Assembly: GCA_041738615.1 (NCBI GenBank)
Contig: JBGSPL010000004.1
Location: forward strand, 1,203 to 65,202
DNA: 64,000 bases
Direction: 5' to 3'
Source of the DNA: Patescibacteria group bacterium
GTDB lineage: Bacteria > Patescibacteriota > CPR2 > UBA1875 > CAIMLA01
This document shows positions 46,869 through 56,206 of the stretch, piece after piece. A model generated the notes under the pieces. That model saw only the letters and a list, made by a program, of their open reading frames with translations. It was not told the DNA's origin and did no database searches. The stretch's first letter is position 1. The number at the start of each line of letters is the position of its first letter. The position numbers and the translations under genes are program-made.

Positions 46869-48944
46869 TTATAACGGAAAACTTTCAATTCGTGCCCTTT
46901 CGAGTATCTCCATAATAATAACCGCTTGTTTTTCTGATGGCGTTTTGCCCGTTTCTGTAGCAATGGCGAGATTTATAAAGTCCATATCTCTTGGCAGTAG
47001 TACCTGATGAGTTTTATCCCATTCGAGTAATGCTCTCCAGTTCTCTGCACCAAAATTAACTACATCTATCATCGCATGAATGTTGTTGTCATGTCCTTGA
47101 GTTTTCTGGGCATACTTTTGGTCTTGTTTTAGGATATTTTTATCCGCTAATTCGTTAATGAAATCTTGGTTAAGCTTAATTTTGATTTTTTTAGCTTCTT
47201 CCCAGCAAGCTTCTCTCTTGGCCCATTCAGTAACATTTTCAACTGGTCTTGACTCGTCGATTAAGTGATTGTACATAATTTCTGAGGTTTGTTCGATCTG
47301 TCTAATCCAAGCTGGTGAGAGTGATTGTTTGACCCAAATATTTTTCAGTGAAATTGCGTCGTCTGGGTATTCTGATTCCACAACATAAAAAATTTTCGAA
47401 ATTGTGTAAGCAACAATATTTGCTTTATAACTGTTATACCATTCTTGATTTCTTACTATTTTGTCTGCTTCTTTGGTAATAATTGCGAGCGAAACCACCT
47501 CTTTGAAGAATTCCTCATTGAAGGTAGCTTCATTGTTTTCCCATTGCTTAACTACCCAGGTAGCAAAACGAGCAAAGCCCTTTTGGCCACCAGCGCTAGC
47601 TATATCGGGTCTCATTTGGTGAAGATTCATGTATCTTGCTAAGTCAACTTTCTTGAACATTTGGTTTGTAGGATTTTGCAGTTCAAATCTCTTCTTCTCA
47701 GAGGGGGTACATTTGTAGGTTTCTTGCTTATATTGTCCATTAGCTCTTTCATAGTACCAATGTGTACCATACTGCCTTCCTTGGGTAGCGGGAGCAACAA
47801 CTCTTCGAGAAAATTCCTCAATTCTTATATGGAAAGGATGATTAGACCACAGATCTGCGTCACTTACTTTGTTCTGGCTATTCGCATATCTCGATATATC
47901 GGGTATCAATATCTGAGCCTTTTCATGAGTTACAATTGAAAGTTTCATAGGTACGTAAATCTTGCCGATCTTACTTTCGGCACCATCATTTTTATCGTTC
48001 AAGAGAGCCATGGCCAAAGATGCTGTAGTCTGGCCACCATTTACAATCTGCAGCGAGGAAATCTTTGTAATATACTTAACTCCATTTAATTCCTTTATCT
48101 CAACTTCAGAGGCGGTGGCCGCTATTCCGTTGTTGTAAGCAAAGAACATGCTTGGATTGTTGAGAATGGTGTTACGAATACCTTTATTTACCTTACCCTT
48201 AGTCTGCAAAAATGAACGTACGTTACCTTCAAGCAAGCGGCCCCCATATGTGTTATACAGATTTGCAAGCACCGTACCGGGGATATTACAAAGATACGCA
48301 GTGTACTCGTCTGTCTTACTTGCCGAAAGACAAGGAATGCCATTACCAAAAAGCTCATCTAGATCAATAATAATATCTTCTTTACCAGTTGATGATTTCT
48401 CAAGCTGATGCAACCTTCCCATATCCCAAATATGATACTCAACTGGAATTTCATTAAGGTCGGCTGTCTTCAGCTCCTTAATACTCTTGCTCATGACCAT
48501 ATCGGTTAGCAAATATATTCTATATTTTCTTACATTCTTATAGCCATGGACAACATCTACGGCTAGCCCATAACCCGGTGAGCTCTCTTCTGCCTTCCCG
48601 TCTATTAAATAGGCAGCCTCTTCAAGAAAGGACCTAGCTCTGACAAATATTTTTTCAGCGTCAGAATTTGTTAACGTTTCTTCTGAAAGGTAGGTTAGAG
48701 TTGGAGTAACAAATAGTGAAAGACAGTCATCGAGTTCGTTATAATCATAACCATCTATCTGTATTTTTCTGCCATTCTTTCCCAACCCTTCAAAATGCAA
48801 AGGAGTGAAGTCTTCAATTTCCTCTGCTTCGATAAGTGATTCGGTGGCATAGTTAATGAATTCTTCCTTGTCAGTTGTACCTTCGGCAGAAGACATGAAT
48901 TTAATTTCTTCAATAATAGTTTTTCGAAATTCAGCTAGTTCCAT
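46869..48944 (-). CDS. Large protein in the AIPR position of a Dcm/Z1/HATPase defense operon (AIPR-like, inferred)
   Basis: A 691 aa protein with no enzymatic motif seen by eye. The assignment rests on gene neighbourhood. Confidence 0.35.
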   Translation of the reverse strand: MELAEFRKTIIEEIKFMSSAEGTTDKEEFINYATESLIEAEEIEDFTPLHFEGLGKNGRKIQIDGYDYNELDDCLSLFVTPTLTYLSEETLTNSDAEKIFVRARSFLEEAAYLIDGKAEESSPGYGLAVDVVHGYKNVRKYRIYLLTDMVMSKSIKELKTADLNEIPVEYHIWDMGRLHQLEKSSTGKEDIIIDLDELFGNGIPCLSASKTDEYTAYLCNIPGTVLANLYNTYGGRLLEGNVRSFLQTKGKVNKGIRNTILNNPSMFFAYNNGIAATASEVEIKELNGVKYITKISSLQIVNGGQTTASLAMALLNDKNDGAESKIGKIYVPMKLSIVTHEKAQILIPDISRYANSQNKVSDADLWSNHPFHIRIEEFSRRVVAPATQGRQYGTHWYYERANGQYKQETYKCTPSEKKRFELQNPTNQMFKKVDLARYMNLHQMRPDIASAGGQKGFARFATWVVKQWENNEATFNEEFFKEVVSLAIITKEADKIVRNQEWYNSYKANIVAYTISKIFYVVESEYPDDAISLKNIWVKQSLSPAWIRQIEQTSEIMYNHLIDESRPVENVTEWAKREACWEEAKKIKIKLNQDFINELADKNILKQDQKYAQKTQGHDNNIHAMIDVVNFGAENWRALLEWDKTHQVLLPRDMDFINLAIATETGKTPSEKQAVIIMEILERARIESFPL

Positions 48945-48945
48945 A

Positions 48946-49860
48946 CTAATTCTCCTCCCGGTATTTATCTATCGAAGAAAGTGACAAAATGTACTTTGAG
49001 TTGACAATCGCAGCGGGTATATCTTTCCTTCTGATACTTGGGAAATCTGAATTAACGCTATACCTATCAATTTTAGAAAGCTTGAAAGCTGGTTTGTCAT
49101 ACTCTTCACGACAGTAATAGCCAAGATTCAGTAATATTCCACTCAGTTTGTTTTTCAGACTTTCCGTTGTAAGCAGACTAGAGACTTCCGTAAATATTGA
49201 ATTTAGAGTTACCTTCATATTGTCTGACGCACTCGATTTATCAAGATAGACGACTGCTAGCACTCCTGGGATAGGCATATCTAACTGTTCCACTGATGCT
49301 ATCCGAACACTTTCAGCGCCACTTACGGTTGCCTTAACCTCATACCAGGTATTTTCACATACAAAATCTTGGTCAGCTTTCTCCGGACCAATCCATGAGT
49401 TAACAGCAACATCCTGTCCATACTTTGGAATAAGGCAATCTCTTAGAAAGCAGAGTTCTCCAACTAGTCCTTTTATCGCTGATGGTGAAAGTAGCTCTCC
49501 GTTTAGTTTTGCTAACATGTTCTGCCACTTAGTGTATCTGGAAGATATATAGTCAGATCCCTTTCCTTTATTTGTGATTGATCTCGAGGATTCAATAATA
49601 TCTTTGCAAAAATAGTTAAACATATCATCGAAATCGTCATTAATTAAAGAAAAAGAAGTTGCCCATTTTCCATCTTTGCGATTGCCTACAGTCACATTAA
49701 TGATTTGTGATGAATCGATTGCTGCCGGCTGATTATCTGTGATTAATAAAAGCGTCTGTCTAGACATGTCGTCAGAACCTACGTATAAGTCAAGTATGTG
49801 TGTATTATCAACCCTTTGAAATGAGCTTTGGTCTCTAAGCTCAGCGAAATTATTATCCAT
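48946..49860 (-). CDS. PD-(D/E)xK-like nuclease
   Basis: GELCFL...DQDFVCENTWYEVKAT fits a D...E-x-K core. Confidence 0.4.
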   Translation of the reverse strand: MDNNFAELRDQSSFQRVDNTHILDLYVGSDDMSRQTLLLITDNQPAAIDSSQIINVTVGNRKDGKWATSFSLINDDFDDMFNYFCKDIIESSRSITNKGKGSDYISSRYTKWQNMLAKLNGELLSPSAIKGLVGELCFLRDCLIPKYGQDVAVNSWIGPEKADQDFVCENTWYEVKATVSGAESVRIASVEQLDMPIPGVLAVVYLDKSSASDNMKVTLNSIFTEVSSLLTTESLKNKLSGILLNLGYYCREEYDKPAFKLSKIDRYSVNSDFPSIRRKDIPAAIVNSKYILSLSSIDKYREEN

Positions 49861-52636
49861 TTATTACCTCGTCTTGATAATTAGTCTCGTCTATTTCCTC
49901 GAAGTCGTCGTCTATATCAAATAGCTCTTTATACATTACAAGGTTCACCTTGTACTTAAGCATCTTATTTTCACGCCCTTCAATTTCCGGTATCCCGACA
50001 CTTATCCCTATTATAGGTTTTGGTGCAGAACTTGCGTAATTAATCCTATCCTGTATGACCTCACTAGGTATACTCTTATTGTTTGTGTCGGGCGATAGCA
50101 CTACTGGATAAATAACAAGTAATGGATTACGTTTAATACCCTTAAAGTACCTTTCTTGCGCCAACGACAGCCTGGCCCCTGATCTGGCTAACTCTTCTCT
50201 AATAGGCAGTTCTGCCTCAAAGACCTGATCCTTCGTAAGGCCACCTTTTGCGAAGTTTGCACTACCAAGGCGCGACTTAGTGTCAGACATCTGCAGTGCC
50301 TTAGACTCTTTTTTTATACCAAAGTTTCTCATAACATATTTAATATCTAAATTGTCTAGTTTACCGCTAGGCCCCTTGCCACTAGCAATAACAATATCCC
50401 AGTTGTCTACGGTTCCATCCTTATAGTCGTTAATCATAGTAATAAGTGCCTCGGTTTGAAAGTCGATATTAAGATAATGGCTTTCAAACTTAGCAAGATA
50501 TTCTGATACATACTTTTTGGGCACATTCAGGGCTTGTAAGTGTTTTAAAGGTAGATCTACTGGAATTGTAAAATGGTGGCCGTCTTTTGCTAGGGTTTTA
50601 ATCCAATCCTCCGTAACTAGTAAATTATGGTCTAATCTTGATCTGTCTGAGTAAACATATTTAGTTTCGATGACCTTACCGTTTAGGGAAACCGTCATTG
50701 TGTAGTCTTTGGCGGTCTTCATTTTATTGCGCGCCGTTACAAGAAGCGCATTAATGTCAGACCTGACACAAAGACCAAAGTCTTTAGGGGTCTTGTTTTG
50801 CTCCTTCATCCTTCTAACTTCTCTTCTCAATTCATCAGCTGCGACTGAAATATATCTATACCAGTCTATTGCGCCTTCACCCATCCATATTTGGCAAATG
50901 TCGGCGTAGCCCTCTCTATAGCCGAACCATCTTCCCATTTGCATCAAAGTGTCATACATTTTGGAGTTTCTGTAAAAGTAACTGACACACAAACCTTCGA
51001 GTGTTAGCCCCCTAGATAGACTAAAACCACCGATTGCAATTAGCCTTAGCCCGTCCTCTGTATACTCGTCATAATTTAGGTTTTTCGCAGCGTTTCCACC
51101 GTTTACTGTTCTTACAACAATCGAAGCTACAGCTTCATGCAAAGCTTCCTGTATTTCGTCCCAAGTAAATTCGAAGTCTGGTATATTACTAAATTCTTCG
51201 TTAAAGACATCCTTAATAAACGAAAAGGAATTGTAGTTTAATGCCTCTTTCCCGATTAAGTGATAATTTTTAATTTCTCGCTGAAATTCACGTACATAGC
51301 CATCAACTGCTTTTTTAATCTGTTCCTGGACTGCAATGAACCTGCTAACATTCACTAGCATAGAACGATGTTTTGTAGTTTGCCCACGCAAATCTCTTAC
51401 TGCATTACAAATAAAGAAAGATACAACCGCCTTCCTTAGGCTTAGAGGTAGATCTTGGGGAACAAAGTCCTTTTTATGTTTTTCTGGTAAATAGTCTTCG
51501 CAATCATCATTAGCTTTTAGCATATATGAATGGCTACCTTCTTCAGAAAATATACTTCTAGCACCAACATAATTGCTTGGAGCTTCAAGCGCATATATAA
51601 AATCGCTTGGGAACAGATCATCTTTTAGCATCTCATGGTCGGAGTCTGGGTCGATAAATATATTTGCAAAAGGTGTTGCCGTAAAACCAACATAGTTAGC
51701 CTTAGAAAAAAGATTAAGTAATTTTCTTATACAGGCGTTTATGGTAGCGGGATCATCACCGCTTTTAGTATTTACTGAGGCGTTATCTGCCTCGTCGTCG
51801 ATTAGAAGCATTGGTAGTGAACTAGTTTGGCTAACCTCATTTGTGTTATATACCTTTAGCCATCGTTCTAATTTTTCTAATACACTTTTATTTTTCTTAA
51901 GGACAAAAAGGATGGGTGAGTTTATTCCTGCCAGTTGACCGTTTAACGACCCCGCAGTTGCTTGATTAAAATCATTTGTAGTCGATGTAACGGCCCACCC
52001 TGAAACACTTGGGTTTATGTTACCAACTCCCACAAACGCCTTGCTCTTGTCTCTGATAAAAGCAGTGCTGTCAAGTCCGACAAATCCTTCGTCTAATCTT
52101 CCTTGTGTTTGTTTTCTAAGTTTTTCAATAGTACCGGTAAGCAAAATCACAACCTTGTAACCAGCATCGGAAGCCTTATTAATGAGTGCCGTATAGGTTG
52201 CCGTTTTCCCTGATTGAACATCGCCGATAACAAGTCCGCGCCTCTGAAAGTCTTTGTCACCGGAAGGATTACCAAGTAGATCCATCATTTCGTCTGTTGA
52301 TTCATCTAATGACGCGATAACTTTTGGTGGGAACCCAGCATCCTTTATTAAATAGGTGGCATACCTGTCCCAGAAATCTGTTTTTAGATCTTTCTTTGCG
52401 GAGTTATACCAAGGTACATGGTCTTTACTCACCACGCAAGCTCCTCTATCCATACGTATTTCCAACATCGCATGTAGAGAGCTTAACATGTCTGACCTTT
52501 CCGTTTCTGAGATAGGGTAAAGCCTTGCAAAAACATTAACTAAATCTGATAACGCATCTTCGGTAATAATAGCATCTGGATCAATGCTTATCATGACATG
52601 ACTCATGATAAGTTTTTGATTTTTATTCATTATCAA
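49853..52636 (-). CDS. Z1-domain-like P-loop ATPase/helicase-like protein
   Basis: Walker A is GDVQSGKTATYTALI and Walker B-like is LLIDDEADNAS. The protein is 927 aa and overlaps both neighbours. Confidence 0.5.
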   Translation of the reverse strand: MIMNKNQKLIMSHVMISIDPDAIITEDALSDLVNVFARLYPISETERSDMLSSLHAMLEIRMDRGACVVSKDHVPWYNSAKKDLKTDFWDRYATYLIKDAGFPPKVIASLDESTDEMMDLLGNPSGDKDFQRRGLVIGDVQSGKTATYTALINKASDAGYKVVILLTGTIEKLRKQTQGRLDEGFVGLDSTAFIRDKSKAFVGVGNINPSVSGWAVTSTTNDFNQATAGSLNGQLAGINSPILFVLKKNKSVLEKLERWLKVYNTNEVSQTSSLPMLLIDDEADNASVNTKSGDDPATINACIRKLLNLFSKANYVGFTATPFANIFIDPDSDHEMLKDDLFPSDFIYALEAPSNYVGARSIFSEEGSHSYMLKANDDCEDYLPEKHKKDFVPQDLPLSLRKAVVSFFICNAVRDLRGQTTKHRSMLVNVSRFIAVQEQIKKAVDGYVREFQREIKNYHLIGKEALNYNSFSFIKDVFNEEFSNIPDFEFTWDEIQEALHEAVASIVVRTVNGGNAAKNLNYDEYTEDGLRLIAIGGFSLSRGLTLEGLCVSYFYRNSKMYDTLMQMGRWFGYREGYADICQIWMGEGAIDWYRYISVAADELRREVRRMKEQNKTPKDFGLCVRSDINALLVTARNKMKTAKDYTMTVSLNGKVIETKYVYSDRSRLDHNLLVTEDWIKTLAKDGHHFTIPVDLPLKHLQALNVPKKYVSEYLAKFESHYLNIDFQTEALITMINDYKDGTVDNWDIVIASGKGPSGKLDNLDIKYVMRNFGIKKESKALQMSDTKSRLGSANFAKGGLTKDQVFEAELPIREELARSGARLSLAQERYFKGIKRNPLLVIYPVVLSPDTNNKSIPSEVIQDRINYASSAPKPIIGISVGIPEIEGRENKMLKYKVNLVMYKELFDIDDDFEEIDETNYQDEVING

Positions 52637-54080
52637 ATTCCTCTCTCACTGCCTTCACGACATCGGGGTACTTAAGGAAGTATTCAAATTTATCCATGTT
52701 TTTTACAAAGGCACTAACATCACCGCCAGTTTTCTTAATTGCATCAATAGAATCTATCGCAATTTTATATACCTCATCAAATTCTAATGCTGCTGGCTGG
52801 GCACTACTGCCACTTTTTGCTACACGGTAGTAGATATCTCCATATGGGAAAGAGTCTTCAACTGTTTTAATAAACGAATCAAGCCGACTTAATTCGTTCT
52901 CGTCCAGTGACTCTTCTAATGCTTTGTACAGTGGCAAGTCTTTATTGATTAGATATTGAAGCGAGCCCCTATTGTCTATGTGGTTCCAAACATGAACTAG
53001 CTCATCACTATTAACATTTCTTCCACGATATTTATATACCCGTTCGCTTTTACCTACAGTACTTTCAACTATATTAACTAAACTCTTTTTTACAACGTCC
53101 GGGAGAGAGGCAGTCGATTTCTTTACATCAATTTCCCATATTGAATCAAGCGTATTTGGGATATCTACTCGGACTCTTGCTAACTTGTTCAGTTCATATT
53201 GCTTAATTAGCCTAAACCAGGTACCCCAAACAATAAGCCGTTTATTCCTATAAACATAGAATCCCTGGCTTTGCTTCAAGTCCATATCCCCCATAATCTT
53301 TTTGTCTTTTGTTGTTAGCTTTGAAGCAAATGGCAAAATATATGGCTTAACTTTGATGGAACTACCGTCAATTGTTATTTCTTGTTCAGTTAACGGCTGA
53401 GTCGCTGGATTGCTTTCCAAGAATGGGTCAATTAGTTCTATTCTGTTGTTGTTAAAGAATATTTTTACAGAGTTAAGTGGCCCCAAAAATCTATGGAAAA
53501 CGAGCGATACATGAGAACTCGCAATTTCAATCTTTTCGTCAAATACCTTGTGTAGTTGGGCTGATCCATTCGTCAGCCTATCAAAGTCTTCCCAGATAAC
53601 AATAGTCCCACTTTTTTGATCATTCAGCATGTCTACATGTTGGATCTTATTGATTTCTTTTTCATCTAACCTTAATAAAACCCAGTCACTTTTCTCAATT
53701 ACACGGTCGAGGTCCCACCTAGCTCCGTTTAGATTTCCATTTTTCTTAGTAATTACTGTTAGTTTTCGACACTGTGATAAAGAGGCCACTTTTAATCCCA
53801 GCCCAAAGCGTCCTAGGTCATGTGAGTCCCTTACTTCTAGTGAGCTTTTACTGCCGTAACGCATTGCCGTTTCGAGCTCTTCACTGTCCATCCCACAGGC
53901 ATTGTCAATAACTGCGACATAGGGGTTATCTTTAGAGCGAAAATTTACGTGAATCTCTTTTGCGCCCTTACCAATACTGTTATCAATGATATCTGCCAAG
54001 GCAGCTTCAAAAGAATACCCAATTGATCTCGTTGATTCTACGAGTATGGGGGCATATGGAGTTAAAATTATTTCTTTCAT
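52623..54080 (-). CDS. GHKL/HATPase_c-type ATPase (MORC-like HATPase_c_3)
   Basis: The N-box is ADIIDNSI, G1 is VIDNACGMD, and G2 is GRFGLGLK. Confidence 0.75.
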   Translation of the reverse strand: MKEIILTPYAPILVESTRSIGYSFEAALADIIDNSIGKGAKEIHVNFRSKDNPYVAVIDNACGMDSEELETAMRYGSKSSLEVRDSHDLGRFGLGLKVASLSQCRKLTVITKKNGNLNGARWDLDRVIEKSDWVLLRLDEKEINKIQHVDMLNDQKSGTIVIWEDFDRLTNGSAQLHKVFDEKIEIASSHVSLVFHRFLGPLNSVKIFFNNNRIELIDPFLESNPATQPLTEQEITIDGSSIKVKPYILPFASKLTTKDKKIMGDMDLKQSQGFYVYRNKRLIVWGTWFRLIKQYELNKLARVRVDIPNTLDSIWEIDVKKSTASLPDVVKKSLVNIVESTVGKSERVYKYRGRNVNSDELVHVWNHIDNRGSLQYLINKDLPLYKALEESLDENELSRLDSFIKTVEDSFPYGDIYYRVAKSGSSAQPAALEFDEVYKIAIDSIDAIKKTGGDVSAFVKNMDKFEYFLKYPDVVKAVREEFDNE

Positions 54081-54292
54081 ATAGAAAATAGTCCGACGTT
54101 TAATAGTAGCTATGTTTTGGCTTTATTGCGTTAATATAAAGCTCCCAACAAGTCGAATTATACTTCTTTTGAGCGTAGAAAGAAAGATAAAGCTAGTGTC
54201 AAGAAAAATGATTTGTAGGATATGGCCAGTTTATTTTAGTTTTCGAGAGTTAAATTTAGTTGCTTTTAGTTGTTGTCAAGCCAAAATATGTA

Positions 54293-54321
54293 TTGACAAG
54301 TATTGTATACTGAAATATAAT
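54293..54321 (+). promoter_or_regulatory. Consensus sigma-70 promoter TTGACA-N17-TATAAT
   Basis: The -35 and -10 hexamers are exact consensus with a 17-nt spacer. It lies 160 nt upstream of the ParB-MTase gene. Confidence 0.45.
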
Positions 54322-54480
54322 TAACTCAAGGTACGTCTAGCGCGTATCGGCACCAACACAATTCACTTAAAAATAGAACTGAACGGGTAACACCCGGAAT
54401 AGGAGACAACAAGATGATTATTTTGTTGTTTTTTGTTTCGGGTGTTTTTATTAACAATAATCTCTTGAAAGGAGAAAGAA

Positions 54481-55818
54481 ATGGACAAACTAGAAACTGT
54501 CTATGTGAACATAGACGATCTAAACCCCGCCCCCTATAACCCCAGGAAATGGGGCAGAAAGTCACTAGATGACTTGAAGGAATCGATAAAGCGCTTTGGG
54601 GTGGTCGACCCCGTGATCCTGAACGGACACAAGGATAGGTCCAATGTGGTTGTAGGGGGCCATATGCGTATTGCCGCGTGTCGGGAACTTCAAATACTGA
54701 GCATACCTGCGGTGTATGTCTATATCGAAGACGTTGAGCTCGAGAAACAGCTGAATATTCGCCTTAATAAGAATCGTGGTGAATTCGACTTAACTCTTTT
54801 GGCTGAGTTCTCGGAGGAGCTACTCACAGATATTGGCTTCACGTCAGAGGAAATTGATGATGTCTACGGTATCGAAGAGAAAACAGAGATGTTTGACCTC
54901 GAGAAGGAGCTCAAGAAACTGGATATCACAACAATCGAGATGCAGAAGGGAGAAGTATGGCAACTAGGTGATTCCAGGATGATGATAGGAGACAGTACCG
55001 TAGAGAATGACGTCATGAAGCTCATGGGAGATGAGAGGGCAGATATGTGCCTGTGCGACCCTCCATATCTTCTGGACTACCTGTCGGCTAAGCGACACGG
55101 CGGTGCCGTAACGGGCTTTGGAGCCAAAAAGAACCGTCGCTACCTCGAAACGGATGTTCTCCCACCTGATTTCACCGAAAAGTGGATGGCAAATGTGGCA
55201 AAAGTCCAGAAACCCGATTTTTCAATCATTGTCTACGAGAATCCAAAGAACCTAAGGACAATTTGGAATGAGCTCGAGAAACACTGGAAATACCGTAACA
55301 CTATCGTCTGGCATTTGCCGAATCGTGTGCAGGGCTTCTCAGCTAAATATAAGTTCTTCAATAAGTCCGATATCGCTCTGGTTGGTACTAAGGGAAATGT
55401 CGAGCTGAACCTAGGGCCAGAGTCAGAGGAGCTGTTCCAAGGTGAGTATGAGAATGCCTTATTCGCTACGTCTGGATGCCCTCATTGGGAAGGATACTCC
55501 AAGGGTAAGAAAATTTGCCCCACGGACTTTATAGAATTTGTCGCGGCTGACGAAAAGAGCTCAGGTCAAGGTATTATCTTCGGAACCAAGCCGATTGAAA
55601 TACTAATTCCATATATAAAAGTACTCACAAAACGAGATGACCTGATCATCGAGACTTTTGGTGGCTCAGGGTCGACCTTGATTGCGGCCGTCAAGATGAA
55701 AAGACGCTGTTATCTGATGGAGAAGTCGCCCGTCTACGCAGAGGTTATTAGGAATCGTTGGGAAAAATTAACCGGCCAAAAAGCCGTAAGAATCGAGGCT
55801 AAAAATGAAAGTAAATGA
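54481..55818 (+). CDS. ParB-like nuclease domain fused to DNA N6-adenine/N4-cytosine methyltransferase
   Basis: The ParB N-terminus reads VYVNIDDLNPAPYNPRKW. DPPY is motif IV, and FGGSGST is motif I placed C-terminally (a permuted class). Confidence 0.8.
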   Translation: MDKLETVYVNIDDLNPAPYNPRKWGRKSLDDLKESIKRFGVVDPVILNGHKDRSNVVVGGHMRIAACRELQILSIPAVYVYIEDVELEKQLNIRLNKNRGEFDLTLLAEFSEELLTDIGFTSEEIDDVYGIEEKTEMFDLEKELKKLDITTIEMQKGEVWQLGDSRMMIGDSTVENDVMKLMGDERADMCLCDPPYLLDYLSAKRHGGAVTGFGAKKNRRYLETDVLPPDFTEKWMANVAKVQKPDFSIIVYENPKNLRTIWNELEKHWKYRNTIVWHLPNRVQGFSAKYKFFNKSDIALVGTKGNVELNLGPESEELFQGEYENALFATSGCPHWEGYSKGKKICPTDFIEFVAADEKSSGQGIIFGTKPIEILIPYIKVLTKRDDLIIETFGGSGSTLIAAVKMKRRCYLMEKSPVYAEVIRNRWEKLTGQKAVRIEAKNESK

Positions 55819-56206
55819 AAAGGCGAAAGCAGAATTACTAGAAATACTCTCTAAGAATCCCATCCTACAACCCGCCTGTGATCGTTGTGGGATCAGTAGG
55901 GCGACATACTTTCGTTGGAAAGCCGATGACAAGAAATTCAAAGAGGAAGCAGACAAGGCTATTGTCGAGGGTCGGATACTAGTCTCTGAGTTGTCGGAGT
56001 CAAAGCTACTATCCGCAATCAAGAACGAGAATCTTGGAGCTATCAAATTCTGGCTACAGAACAATGATCCAAGGTATGCACAAAAGCTAATTACGACTGG
56101 CGAAGTTACCGTAATCCATAAGGAGCTAACTCCTGAGCAAGAAGCCAGTATTAAGGAGGCACTGATGCATGCGGATATTAAGATAGGTGGGAGTAATATG
56201 GGATGA
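55805..56206 (+). CDS. HTH protein, putative terminase small subunit
   Basis: It has the helix-turn-helix CGISRATYFRWK. It overlaps and precedes the large terminase gene. Confidence 0.4.
   Translation: MKVNEKAKAELLEILSKNPILQPACDRCGISRATYFRWKADDKKFKEEADKAIVEGRILVSELSESKLLSAIKNENLGAIKFWLQNNDPRYAQKLITTGEVTVIHKELTPEQEASIKEALMHADIKIGGSNMG

Noticed and set aside
54112-54565. ORFs 54112-54324 (+) and 54326-54565 (-) in the divergent promoter region
   Set aside because: The region is AT-rich and holds the consensus promoter and leader. Both ORFs have low-complexity translations, and the minus ORF runs antisense into the ParB-MTase start.
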